DNA of 64,000 nt from Prasinococcaceae sp. CCMP 1430 (Eukaryota > Plantae > Prasinodermophyta), in the NCBI GenBank assembly GCA_013416795.1, contig RQSC01000018.1, forward strand, positions 1 to 64,000. The letters are read 5' to 3'. Shown in pieces: positions 30,383 through 43,098 of the stretch (position 1 is its first letter; each line of letters opens with the position of its first letter). The notes beneath the pieces are model-generated. The model was given only the letters and a program-made list of their open reading frames with translations. It was not told the origin of the DNA and ran no database searches. Position numbers and translations under genes: made by a program.

Positions 30383-33300
30383 TCCCCGCGCCGCCGCGAG
30401 CCGTCTTGCTGACTGCCGTTTACCCTCTGCCCTGCCGCTCGCCGCTCGCAGTTCATCACCATGAACCCTGGCTACGCAGGCCGCTCGGAGCTGCCTGACA
30501 ACCTCAAGGCGCTTTTCCGCCCGGTGGCAATGATGGTGCCCAACTACGCGATGATTGCAGAGATCCTGCTGTACAGCTGCGGCTACCTGCAGGCGCGCGA
30601 CATGGGCACCAAGCTGGTGGCAACATACCGCCTGTGCTCGGAGCAGCTGTCGAGCCAGGACCACTACGACTACGGCATGCGCGCGGTGATCGCCGTGTTG
30701 CGCGCCGCGGGCAACCTCAAGCAGAAGTACCCCGAGGAGGACGAGGCCGTGCTCATGCTGCGCGCCATCAAGGACGTCAACCTGCCCAAGTTCCTGCTGC
30801 ACGACATTGAGCTTTTCGAGGGCATCATGAGCGACCTCTTCCTGGGGGTCACGCTGCCTGAGCCTGACTACGAGGCGCTTAACGGCGCCATAGAGGCCAA
30901 CGCCGAGAAGCTCAACCTGCGCCCGGTGCCCACCTTCTTCCAGAAGATCCGCGAGCTCTATGAGATGATCGTGGTGCGCCACGGTCTCATGGTGGTCGGG
31001 CAGTCGTACGGCTGCAAGACGTCGATGTACCGGGTCCTCGGCGGCGCGCTGACAGACCTGTGCAACGAGGGTAAGATGGGCGAGAATGTCACTCACTTCC
31101 ATGTGATGAACCCCAAGTCGATCACCATGGGGCAGCTCTACGGCCAGTTCGACCCGGTGTCGCACGAGTGGACCGACGGCATCCTCGCGACGACCTTCCG
31201 CAACTGCTCGGTCGACACTCGGCCCGACAGAAATTGGGTCATCTTCGACGGGCCCGTGGACGCCATCTGGATCGAGAACATGAACACGGTCCTCGACGAC
31301 AACAAGAAGCTCTGCCTGATGTCTGGTGAGATTATCCAGATGAGCGATCAGATGAACATGATTTTCGAGGTGCAGGACCTGGCTGTGGCGTCGCCCGCGA
31401 CAGTGAGCCGCTGTGGTATGGTGTACGTCGAGCCGAGCGGGCTCGGCTGGAAGCCGCTCGTCGAGGCGTGGCTGCCTTCGCTGCCCTCGGCGCTCAGCGA
31501 CAAGTGCCGCGCGCAGGTGGAGCAGCTGTTCGACTGGCTAGTGCCACCCATGCTGCGCTGCGTCACGCGCGCGTGCCGCATGCTCATGCCCATGCAGGAG
31601 GCCAACATGGTGCAGTCGCTCATGCGTGCGTACCGCGGCCTCATGGCCGAGCTAGATGAGGAGGGCAAGGTGGAGGCGATGGGCGAGAAGGCGGTGGCCG
31701 CGTGGCTCGACTCGCTCTTCCTGTTTTCCCTGGTCTGGTCGGTCGGCGGCTGCGTTGACGAGGTCGGCCGCGAGCGCTTCGACGCGCTGCTGCGCAAGCT
31801 GCTCATTAATCAGCCGCCGGAGGAGTACAGGCAGTACGTGACGGGCGCCGCGCGCAAGGTGGCGCAGAACTTCCCGGAGAAGGGCCTTGTGTACGACTTC
31901 ACGTTCGACAAGGCGCGGGGCAAGTGGGCCGGCTGGATGGACGGCGCGCCCGACTTCAAGCCCGCCCCCGACGCCGAGTTCAACGCGCTGGTGGTCCCCA
32001 CGGCCGACACGGTGCGCTACACCTTCCTGGTGGACCTTTCGGTGACCAACGGCCACCCCGTGCTGCTCACCGGCCCCACCGGCACGGGCAAGTCCGCGTA
32101 CGTTAAGTCGTACCTCATGGGGCTCGACTCGGCCAAGTGGACGTCGATGTTCTTCGTCTTCTCCGCGCAAACCTCGGCCAACCAGACGCAGGATATCATC
32201 GATGGCAAGCTCGACAAGCGGCGCAAGGGAGTGTTCGGCCCGCCGCTCGGGAAGAAGGCGGTCGTCTTCATCGACGACCTCAACATGCCCGCGCTCGAGA
32301 AGTACGGCGCGCAGCCGCCCATCGAACTGCTCCGCCAGGGCATGGATTTCGGCGGTTGGTACGACCGCAAGGAGCTCGTCATGCGCCGGCTGGTGGACGT
32401 GCAGTTCGTGGCGGCTTGCGGCCCGCCCGGTGGCGGGCGCAACGACGTCACCAACCGCTATCTGCGCCACTACCACGTGGTGGCCACCGCCGAATTTAGC
32501 GACGCAGTGCTCACGCGCATCTTCACATGCATCCTCGACTGGTGGATGGGCGCGCGCGGCTACGGCGCGCCGATCACGCAGCGCAAGGCGCCGCTGGTTG
32601 CGGCGTCGATCGAGATCTACCGCACCGTGCAGAAGGAGCTGCTGCCGACCCCGTCCAAGTCGCACTACACCTTCAACCTGCGCGACATCTCGAAGGTGTT
32701 CCTGGGCACGCACCTCGCGCCGCCCAACATGGAGGACGGCCACAAGCTCATCCGCATTTGGGCAAACGAGTCGCTGCGCACATACCACGACCGCCTGATC
32801 GACGAGGACGACCGCGGCTGGTTCTGCAAGCTGCTGTGCGAGCAGACCGAGAAGCACACCAAGGAGAAGATCACGAAGGTGTTTGGCCACCTGCCCGGCG
32901 CCAAGGCCGGCGAGAAGGGCTCATCCACCTTCAAGGACCTGCTGGTGGGCGACTGGATGGTCCCCGGCGCCGACAAGAAGCTGTACGACGAGATCACGGA
33001 TGAAGTTAAGATGCAGACCGTGCTGGGTGACTACCTGGAGGACCACAACGCCACCTCGTCGAAGCCCATGCCGCTCATCCTCTTCAACTACGCCGTGCAT
33101 CACGTGACGCGCGTGGCACGCGTGCTCTCGCAGCCTGGTGGCAACGCGCTGCTGGTGGGCGTGGGCGGCAGCGGCCGCCAGAGCGTGGCGCGCCTCGCGG
33201 CGTTCATGCAGGATTTCGAGGTGTTCGGCATCGAGATCAGCAAGCAGTACGGCATGGCCGAGTGGCGCGACGACCTGCGCCTGCTGCTGCGCAAGGCCGG

Positions 33301-36300
33301 CGAGCAGGACAAGCCCACCATGTTCATGTTCACCGACTCGCAGATTAAGATGGAGGGCTTCGTCGAGGACATCAACTCGATCCTCAACACGGGCGAGGTG
33401 CCCAACCTGTTCGACGCCAACGACACGCACATGATCCTCGAGGCTGTGCGCAAGCGCGCGCAGGCCAAGGGGCGCGCAGGCAGCCGCGCGGAGCTCATGC
33501 AGTTCTTCGTTGACGAGTGCCGGCGCAACCTGCACATCACGCTGTGCTTCTCGCCGGTGGGCAGTGCCTTCCGCGAGCGCCTGCGCAAGTTCCCTAGCCT
33601 GGTCAACTGCACGACCATCGACTGGTTCACAGCGTGGCCGCAGGAAGCGCTGCTGAACGTCGCCAAGCGCTTCCTGGACGAGGTGGACGTCGATCCAAAG
33701 GTGAAGGCGGGTTTGGTGGACACGGCCATGTACTTCCACACGAGCGTGGAGGAGCTCTCCAAGCGCTACCTGTCGGAGCTCCAGCGCCACTACTACGTGA
33801 CGCCCACCTCGTACCTCGAGCTCATCAACTCGTACAAGTCGCTGCTGGCCGAGCGTCAGAAGAAGATCGCCGGCCTCAAGAACCGCTACGAGGTCGGCCT
33901 CGAGCAGCTGCTGAGCGCCGAGTCGCAGGTTGGGGTCATGCGCAAGGAGCTCGAGGACCTCAAGCCGGGCCTCATTACCGCCTCCAAGGAGGTCAGCGAG
34001 CTCATGGAGGTGATCGACAAGGAGACCACGGACGCCAACAAGGTACGCGTCGTCGTGCAGGCCGAGGAGGAGGTGGCCTCGAAGAAGGCCGCCGAGGCCA
34101 AGGCCATCAAGGACGAGACAGAGGCCGAGCTCGCTGTGGCCATGCCGCTGCTGGAGTCCGCGCTCAAGGCGCTCGATACGCTCACGAAGTCGGACATCAC
34201 CGAGCTCAAGGGCATGAAGAGCCCGCCCGCGGGTGTGCGCCTCGTGCTGGAGGCCGTGTGCATCCTCAAGGGCATCAAGGCCGCGCGCGTCAAAGACTCG
34301 AACGGCAAGATGGTACCGGACTACTGGGGACCCGCCAAGACCATGATGACCGATACGGGCTTCCTGGCGAGCCTGCAGACGTTCGACAAAGACAACATCC
34401 CACCGTCCGTCATAAACAAGGTGCGCCCGTATGTGTCCAACCCTGACATGGCACAGGAGGTCATCAAGAAGGCCTCCAAGGCGGCCTTCGGCCTGTGCTG
34501 CTGGGTGGGCGCCATGGAGGCGTACGACCGCGTGGCCAAGGTGGTCGAGCCCAAGCGCGCAGCGCTAGCCGTTGCCGAGCAGGAGTACGAGGTTGTGATG
34601 GCCGGCCTGCGCGAGAAGCAGGCCGAGCTCAAGGTGGTCGAGGACAAGCTTGCGGATCTCGACGCGCAGCTCAAGGGCGCCGAGGCCAAGAAGAAGCAGC
34701 TCGAGGACGACGTGGATCTGTGCAACAAGAAACTCGAGCGCGCCACCCAGCTCATTGGTGGCCTCGGCGGCGAGAAGACTCGCTGGACGGCCGCCGCGAA
34801 GAACTACTCGGATCAGTACGAGGACCTCGTGGGCGACGTGATGATTTCGGCGGGGGTGCTGAGCTACCTCGGGGCATTCACGCCCGCCTTCCGCTCAAAG
34901 CAGGTCGACGAGTGGGTGGCCACCGTTCGCGAGAAGCAGATCCCATGCTCCGCCAAGTACTCGCTCGAGCTCGTGCTGGGCGACCCCGTTCAGACGCGTC
35001 AGTGGAATATCGACGGCCTGCCCAAGGACTCCTTCAGCTGCGAGAACGGCATCATCGTGGAGAAGGCGCGCCGGTGGCCGCTCTTCATCGACCCGCAGGG
35101 CCAGGCCAACGTGTGGGTGCGCAACATGCACGCCAATAACAACCTTGTGGTCATCAAGCTCTCCGACGGTGACTTCCTGCGCCAGCTGGAGACGGCCATC
35201 CAGTTCGGCAAGCCAGCGCTGCTCGAAAATGTTGGCGAGGAGCTGGATCCGTCGCTGGAGCCGCTGCTGCTGCAGCAGACGTTCAAGTCGGGCGGCGAGC
35301 TGTGCATCAAGCTTGGTGACGCCACGGTGGCCTTCTCCGACGAGTTCAGGTTCTACATCACCACCAAGCTCCCCAACCCGCACTACTCCCCGGAGACCAG
35401 CGTGAAGATCTCGCTCGTGAACTTCATGATTACTCGCGAGGGCCTCTTCGATCAGGTACGACACTGTCGACCTTTTTTAGTTCTTGCATTTCGCTCCTGA
35501 ACGATCAACTGACGCAACGCCTCCAACACTACCCCACCCCGCCCCCCGCCCCTTCCCCCCCAACCACAAACAGATGCTAGGCATCGTCGTGGCCAAGGAG
35601 CGGCCCGACCTGGAGGAGGAGAAGAACCAGCTCGTCCTCCAGGGCGCCGAAAACAAGCGCGCGCTGGCCGAGATCGAGGACAAGATTCTCAACGTGCTGT
35701 CGGCGGCCGACAACATCCTCGAGGACGAGTCCGGCGTGGCCGTGCTCAGCGCGTCCAAGACGCTCTCAGACGAGATCACGGCCAAGCAGAAGGTTGCTGA
35801 GGAAACCGAGGTGAAAATCGATGCGGCGCGCCAGGGCTACGTGCCCGTGGCCGACCGCGCGCAGGTACTCTTCTTCTGCGTGTCGGACTTGGGCAACATC
35901 GAGCCCATGTACCAGTACTCTCTGCCGTGGTTCGTCGACTTGTTCGTCCGCTCGATTGCCGCCAGCGAGAAGTCCGACGACCTCGCCGAGTGTCTGGAGC
36001 ACCTCAAATCGCACTTCCAGTACTCTCTCTACTGCAACGTGTGCCGCTCGCTCTTCGAGAAAGACAAGCTGCTCTTCTCCTACCACGTGGCCACGCGCGT
36101 CATGCTCAACGCCAACGAACTCGAGGAGGCACAGGCTCGCCACCTGCTCACCGGTGGGGTCGCCCTTGAGGATCCGCCCCCCAAGCCCGACGCCGCGTGG
36201 CTGTCGGATAAGACGTGGGCGGAGCTCTTCCGCCTCTCGAGCCTCGCACCGGAGCTCGAGGGCGTGCACGAGCTCGTGGCGGCCGATCTTGACGCCTTCA

Positions 36301-38476
36301 AGGAGGTATACGACTCCAACACGCCCGAGCGAAGCGAGATGCCCTGTGGCCTACACGAGAGGATCACGTCCTTCCAGCGGCTGCTGCTCCTGCGCGCGAT
36401 CCGTCTGGACAAGGTCGAAGCAGGCATCAGCCTGTTCGTGGCCGACAGGCTAGGCGAGCGCTTCATCGAGCCACCGCCGCTCAACCTGGCAGCGTGCTAC
36501 GCGGACTCGACGGTCTCCGCCCCGCTCATCTTCGTGCTGTCACCGGGCTCGGACCCGATGACAATGCTGCTCAAGTTTGCGTCGGACCAGGGCGTGCAGA
36601 TCGACAGCGTGAGCCTCGGCCAGGGGCAGGGCCCGATCGCAGCCAAGGCCATGCGCGCGGCGTTCCAGGCGGGCTCGTGGGTGGTCCTACAGAACTGCCA
36701 TCTGGCAGTGTCGTGGATGCCTACGCTCGAGAAGATCTGCGAGCAGGAGATGCTGGCGGGCAAGGTGCACGAGCGTTTCCGCCTGTGGCTCACGTCGTAC
36801 CCCAGCCCGTACTTCCCCGTGGCACTGCTGCAGGGCGGCGTCAAGATCGTGCAGGAGGCGCCCAAGGGCCTGCGAGCCAACCTCACTCGCAGCTACCTGG
36901 CAGATCCCATCTCGGACCCAGCCTTTTTCGATGCGTGCACGAAGGAGACCGAATGGCGCCGCCTGCTCTTCGGGCTGTGCTTCTTCCATGCCTTCGTGCA
37001 GGAGCGGTGCTCGTTCGGGCCGCTCGGCTGGAACATTCCGTACGCCTTCTCGGACTCGGACCTCCGCATCTCCGTGCGACAGCTGGCCATGTTCCTCGAC
37101 GAGTACCCCGAGGAGACGCCCTTCAAGGCGCTGCGCTACCTCACGGCGGAGTGCAACTACGGCGGCCGCGTAACCGACGACCAGGACAGGCGAACGCTCA
37201 ACACCATCCTCGACGCGATCTATTGCCCGGCCTTCCTCGAGGACGTCCACGCTTTCTCGGAGAGCGGAAACTTCACCGTGCCCGCGCACGGCCCGTACGA
37301 TCACTATCTCGAGTACATCAAGAAGCTGCCCATCGAGGCGCCGCCGGAGGTGTACGGCTTCCACAACAACGCGAGCATCGTGCGCGAAATCAATGGTGCC
37401 GAGCAGCTCTTCGACAGTCTGCTCACCGCCGGCGGACGCGGCGGCGGCGGCGGCGGCAGCGGGCGAGATGAGATCATCTTCGGCGTGAGCGATGACCTAC
37501 TGAAACGTGTGCCAGAGCCCTTCGATGTCGAGGCCGTGCAGCAGAAGTACCCCGTGCTCTACATGGAGAGCATGAACGTGGTGCTCGCGCAGGAGTGCGT
37601 GCGCTACAACCGCTTGATTAGCGTCATTCGCAACTCGGCGGCAAATCTGAAGAAGGCCGTCAAGGGCCTGGTCGTCATGTCGAGCGAGCTCGACGAGGTG
37701 GCGCAGGCGATGGTCGACAGCAAGATTCCCGCCATGTGGGCGGCAAAGTCCTACCCGAGCAGGAAGCCACTGGCCTCGTACGTCAACGACCTAATCGAGC
37801 GCCTCGCGATGCTTCAGGCGTGGATAGACACAGGGGCGCCCACCGTTTTCTGGATGCCCGGCTTCTTCTTCACGCAGGCCTTCCTGACGGCCTCGCGCCA
37901 GAATTATGCGCGCCGTGAAAAGATATCCATCGACTGGCCTCGTACGTCAACGACCTAATCGAGCGCCTCGCGATGCTTCAGGCGTGGATAGACACAGGGG
38001 CGCCCACCGTTTTCTGGATGCCCGGCTTCTTCTTCACGCAGGCCTTCCTGACGGCCTCGCGCCAGAATTATGCGCGCCGTGAAAAGATATCCATCGACTT
38101 GCTCGACTTTGACTTCGAGGTGATGGACAAGGAAGGGCAGTGCGATACGCCGCCCGAGGAGGGCGTCTACGTGCATGGCCTCTTCATCGAGGGCGCCAAG
38201 TGGAATACCGACCGACACGTGCTCGACGAGGCCGACATCAAGGTGCTGTACAGCGCAGCGCCCAACCTGTGGCTCAAGCCCGTCGAAATCAAGGACATCG
38301 ACCTCACGGAGCCGCACTACGTTGCGCCCGTATACAAGACCAGCGAGCGGCGCGGCGTGCTGTCCACCACGGGCCACTCCACAAACTTCGTTATGAGCGT
38401 CAGGCTGCCGAGCGACAGACCCCAGAGTTTCTGGATCAAGCGTGGCGTCGCCCTCCTCTCACAGCTGGACACATAG
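25206..38476 (+). CDS. Axonemal dynein heavy chain, single-headed inner-arm type (DNAH7/3/12-like); main exons 25580-29869, 30034-30294, 30452-35455, 35574-38476 (interrupted by a 164-bp duplication); 5' exons tentative
   Basis: DHC_N2 ([21 protein letters not shown]); P-loops [33 protein letters not shown]; stalk/MTBD; [11 protein letters not shown]; end TTGHSTNFV…WIKRGVALL. No DHC_N1 tail seen. Confidence 0.96.
30329..30380. repeat. Poly(C) homopolymer (52 nt) in dynein intron
   Basis: Uninterrupted C run. Confidence 0.9.
37769..38099 (+). repeat. Perfect 164-bp tandem duplication within the dynein CDS
   Basis: Unit actggcctcgtac…atatccatcg starts at 37769 and again at 37933; ACT microhomology at the junction. 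Confidence 0.95.
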
Positions 38477-39068
38477 GAGCGAAATCCTTCCGAACCCCCT
38501 ACTGTACTAATATTGACCAAACGCAACCTACGTGTAGGTGCTAATGTGTACATTAACATGTGTGTTTGTACTCTGCAGCCCACGTCGCACAGCCCCGCGC
38601 GGGCAACCGCGCTGGGCCCGCCGTCCGCCCTGGCGGCGGCAGATTGCGTCCTCGCCCGCCCGCTCGGCTTGGCGCACCCTGCCAGCCGGCCGCCCCGCCG
38701 GGCCTGCGGCCCCCGGCGCTGGCTGCAGCGCAGCGCGGGCCCCTTTGGTGCCCATTCGGGGAACGCCCGCCCGTCACGTGCCCGCCTGCTGCACGCGCAG
38801 TGCCTCGGATCCGGGGGTGGGGCAAATCCGACCCCCCCAAAGCGAAATTAAGGGTTTGGATGAGGGTCTGGCCAATGGTGTGAATTGTGTGGCGGGGTTT
38901 CGGCGCGCGGCGACTATGGATCGCGCGGCGGCGTGGCAGCACGTGCGGTCAGGGGGGCGGGGGCGCGGCACAGCGGCGCGCGGCGGCGGCGCGCGCGGCG
39001 GCGGAGGCGGGCGAACGCGCCCGCGCGACGCTGCCGCCACGCGCGCCATGCTGGCAAAAAAAAAAAAA

Positions 39069-41070
39069 ATGGCGCGCGCGAGGGGTGGGGCACGGGCGTG
39101 AGTCCCCCTCCCCCTGCCCCTTCCCACGCCCGGCCCTGCCCACGACGGGGCACGCGCGGGAAGCGGCGCATTGCATCGCGATCAGCCCGATGCGATCGCG
39201 CGGGCAGCGCCGCGCCGCGCGGCGGCCACCGCGGTGGACGCCGGGGCGCTCACTGGCGTGGCACTCTTCTTCACGCCGGGCGCGCTGCTCGCGGCGTACT
39301 CGGTGTACCGCGGCAACGGGAACTTTGCCGATGGCTTCTCCAGGGTCATCACAGAGCTGAGCCAAGGCTATTTCAACCCCAACGCAGGCGGCGCCACCGT
39401 GCCCGTATGCGAGGGCGAGCTGAGCGACCTCGCCGGCGGCGACCCGCTCTTCGTGCCGCTGCAGCGCTGGGCCAACGAACTTGGCGGCGTGTTCAAGCTC
39501 GCCTTCGGCCCAAAGTGCTTCCTGGTGGTCTCCGATCCCATTGTTGCGCGTCACCTGCTCCGGGAGAATGCTATGGGCTTCGACAAGGGCATGCTGGGCG
39601 AGATTCTGAGCGAGATCATGGGCAAGGGCCTCATTCCCGCGGACAACGAGACATGGAAGGTAAGCACGTCCCGGCCCGCTGCTCCTCGTTCCCCCGCCTT
39701 GCCCCGCCCCGCCCAGGCCCGCTCAGCCCCATTGTTTTATTGCTCGCGTGCTGACAGCGCCAACCACGCACTTGCATCCCCGCCCTCTCCTCGCTCCCGG
39801 CCCCTTTTAGCCGCGGCGGCGTGCGGTCGTGCCCGCCTTCCACAAGGCGTACCTCGAGAACTGCGTTGACATGTTTGGCGAGTGCACCGAGCTCTCCGTG
39901 GCCAACCTGGACAAGGCCGCTGCCTCGGGTAAGCCCGTGGACATTGAGAACGAGTACCTGAATCTCGCACTCGACATCATCGGGCGCGGAGTGTTCAACT
40001 ACGACTTCGGATCGACGACGACAAACACGCCGGTGGTGAAGGCAGTGTACGGAGCGCTCAAGGAGGCCGAGCACCGCAGCACTTTCTACCTGCCGTACTG
40101 GAATGTGCCGGCACTGCGTGCCATCGTGCCACGCCAGCGCGCCTTCGCCTCGGACATGAAGATCATCAACGACACGCTCGATACTCTCATCGCGCAGGCG
40201 CGCTCCACCTCCACCGCCACAGACCTTGAGGCGCTGCAGAATAGGGACTACTCCAAGGTGCAAGACGCGAGCCTTCTGCGCTTCCTGGTGGACATGCGCG
40301 GCGAGGACATCGAGGACGCGACGGACGGCCAGCTGCGCGACGACTTGATGACCATGCTCATTGCTGGCCACGAAACCACCGCACAGGTCCTCACATGGGC
40401 GAGCTTCTGCCTGTCACAGGACCCCGAGCTTGAGGCGCGTGTGGCGGACGAGGTGCGCGGAGTCCTGGGCGATGACGACCGACGGCCGGATTTGGATGAC
40501 ATCAAGCGCATGCCCCTCACACGACTGTGCATCGCTGAGTCCCTGCGGCTGTACCCGCAGCCGCCACTGCTGATTCGTCGCTCCACAGACGAGGAAGATA
40601 CGCTGCCTGGCGGGCTCGACGCCGCGGACCCCAATGGCTATCCCATCGGCAAGGGTACCGACCTCTTCATCAGCGTGTGGAACATCCATCGCGACAAGCG
40701 CCTGTGGGGCGAGGACGCCGATGTATTCCGCCCGGAGCGTTTCTACGAGGCCATGGAGGGATCTGCGGACGGCCAGTGGGCTGGTCGCACGCCCTTCGAG
40801 AACGAGTCTGGTCCGCTGTATCCGAATGAGGTGCTTACCGACTTCGCCTACATCCCTTTCGGTGGCGGGGCGCGCAAGTGCATCGGCGACCAGTTCGCGA
40901 TGATGGAGGCGACGGTGGTGCTTTCCATGTTTGTGCGAAGGTACAAATTCACCATCGCCAAGCCTATTGAGGAAGTAGGAATGGCCACGGGCGCCACCAT
41001 TCACACCGCCAGCGGCCTGCCAGTGACCGTGCAAATGAGGGAGCCATCCGTGGCCGCTGTCTCTGCCTGA
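39069..41070 (+). CDS. CYP97B: Cytochrome P450 CYP97B (carotenoid-hydroxylase clan); intron 39660-39810; 5' exon unresolved
   Basis: [85 protein letters not shown]. Confidence 0.92.
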
Positions 41071-41323
41071 TCAAGTGGCGGAGACTGGTGAAGGCACGGC
41101 TTGGCAGCATCGGCGAGGCGAGCGGACAGGAAGTGGGGTCAGATGCGGACATACTTACAGAGTGCTGTAGAGTGTAACTTGTAGATGCATTTGTCACTCA
41201 GGATCGGGGGCTTCTGTGGTCGCGTGTGCGTATGGCAGGCGTGGTAAGTCATTTGTGGTCCCTGAAGGGCGACTTCAGCCAAGCGGCCATCGCCAGGATG
41301 ACTTCGCCGTCGGTCGCAGGCCT

Positions 41324-42721
41324 TCAGCCGACGAGGTGCTCGATGTGCTTTTCGAACTTCGCGGAGGCAGCATTGTAGACTGCGTACAGAGGCGCCAGCA
41401 TGGTCGGGCCTAGGGCACTCAGCAGCTCGAATCCAATGGCCGAAGACGCGATGCTTTTCTTGCGGTAGCCCCCGTCGCGTCCCTCGCCAGTACTGAGCTG
41501 GTTGCGGCGCATGCTCGAGTCCCAACACTCCACTGGGAGGCAGATCTCGTCACCGAGCACGTGGCCGAGCAGCCGCAGGCTGTCATCCCACCGCTCGTTG
41601 ATTAAGACGATCATGTTGCAGTCTTTGTCGAGCGCGTCCTGAGCCAGGGAGATGGCTTGGGCGCCTCCAACAGCGGCCTCTCGGCCGCCGCTCTTCGCGG
41701 CCTGGGCGAACTCGGCGGCGCTCAGCTTCGCAGCCGCAGCGTCTTCGGGCGTCAGAGGAATTAGCAGCCCGGTTGTGGAATTGTACTCGGCTCGGGCGGA
41801 CTTCCTCGGCACCTGCGCGCAGAGCGACTGGACGATGTCGTCGTCGAGGACGCGGTTGGCATAGGCGAGGCACATCTCGTGCGCTAGCGTGGCGAGATTC
41901 GCCTCGGACGCGTTACGGCTCAAAGCCAGGCTCAAGCGCAGGTCGCGGTCGACACAGGTCTTGCACATTGAATCCGCGAGCGCACGCTGGTGCGCGGTTG
42001 GGGAAGGGATGGCTTTGAGATGCGCGGCGCGCTCGTGGAGGAGAAGCTCCTCGTAGTAGCTCACCATCCAGCTGCCCGGGTCGCGAAGCGTCACGACGTA
42101 CAGGTGCCGCTTCCGGTCCTGCATCTGGCTCTCGCGCGCCTCTCCCCCCATGTCTGGGGCATGCACGAGGATGCTCGAGCGGTCCATCGCTGCACGGAAG
42201 TCGCGGGTAACCAGGTGGCCGTAGATGAGTCGCGGTCCACTGCCTCGGCTATCAGCCGCGTCCCCAGAGCTGCTCTTCGCCGTGGCCGCCAACCATTGCT
42301 CCAGCCCCTCTTGCTTGTCGGAGGAAGCGGCTGTCCCGTAGTGCATGGCCAGGATGCTCTCAGCCGTGCTTTTGCCCCCCCCCGCAAGGGTGCTGGCGAT
42401 GCCCGGCTCTTTCCTCTCCGTAGCAGCCGCCGCACGGCACTCGGCGCGCTCATGCTCGAGAGCGGGAGGAGCTGCACATGCGCGCTTGAGAATGGCAGCG
42501 AGCGTGGTGCCACCAGTCTTGGGATTGTGTGAGAAGAGGGTAGCACCGAACTCAGCGGGCCGTGCGACCACGCCCTTGGGCAATGATGCCGGGCAGGAAG
42601 CCCCCCCGAGCGGGCGCACCTCTTCGCCGGCGCGGGCAGCAGCGCACAAATTGGTGTCTAGGCCAAACAGCCAGGCGTTGCACGCGACGATCGCGCAAAG
42701 CGCCAAGGCTGGGGCGCGCAT
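41324..42721 (-). CDS. Golgi-type sulfotransferase-like protein (Gal3ST/Sulfotransfer_2-like)
   Basis: N-terminal signal/anchor MRAPALALCAIV; 5'-PSB FSHNPKTGGTT; 3'-PB VTLRDP…VSYY; LINERWDDSL. Confidence 0.75.
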   Translation of the reverse strand: MRAPALALCAIVACNAWLFGLDTNLCAAARAGEEVRPLGGASCPASLPKGVVARPAEFGATLFSHNPKTGGTTLAAILKRACAAPPALEHERAECRAAAATERKEPGIASTLAGGGKSTAESILAMHYGTAASSDKQEGLEQWLAATAKSSSGDAADSRGSGPRLIYGHLVTRDFRAAMDRSSILVHAPDMGGEARESQMQDRKRHLYVVTLRDPGSWMVSYYEELLLHERAAHLKAIPSPTAHQRALADSMCKTCVDRDLRLSLALSRNASEANLATLAHEMCLAYANRVLDDDIVQSLCAQVPRKSARAEYNSTTGLLIPLTPEDAAAAKLSAAEFAQAAKSGGREAAVGGAQAISLAQDALDKDCNMIVLINERWDDSLRLLGHVLGDEICLPVECWDSSMRRNQLSTGEGRDGGYRKKSIASSAIGFELLSALGPTMLAPLYAVYNAASAKFEKHIEHLVG

Positions 42722-43098
42722 TTTCCCGATGCGGTTGGCCTGGCACGCCCGACGCGCGAGCCTCTCTCTCCTCACCACCACGCGTGCGATGAAAGCGGGC
42801 AGCGCGAGCGTGGGTGCAGGCGAGACCTTGGGCGGTGCGCCCAGCCGCGGGCGTGCACGTGCGCACCGCGGGCTGTGGCATCGCTGCGGACTTGGACTTG
42901 GCATTGTTGCGTTGAGAATTCGATTCGTAGCACACTCGTCACACTCGGCGTTTGTGCGCGCGTTTGCCCAGGCGTTCCTTGCGCGCACCCCTCCGGCCGC
43001 GCCACATGCCATGCCCCGCGCGCGGCGGGCCCCGCCGGCCCCCGTCACGGCGTGTGGGCACCATGGGGGGCACACTGCACCCGCTTAACGTGCTTCAC

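Noticed and set aside
37973-38476. Separate 167-aa gene
   Set aside because: It is the dynein C-terminus displaced by the duplication.
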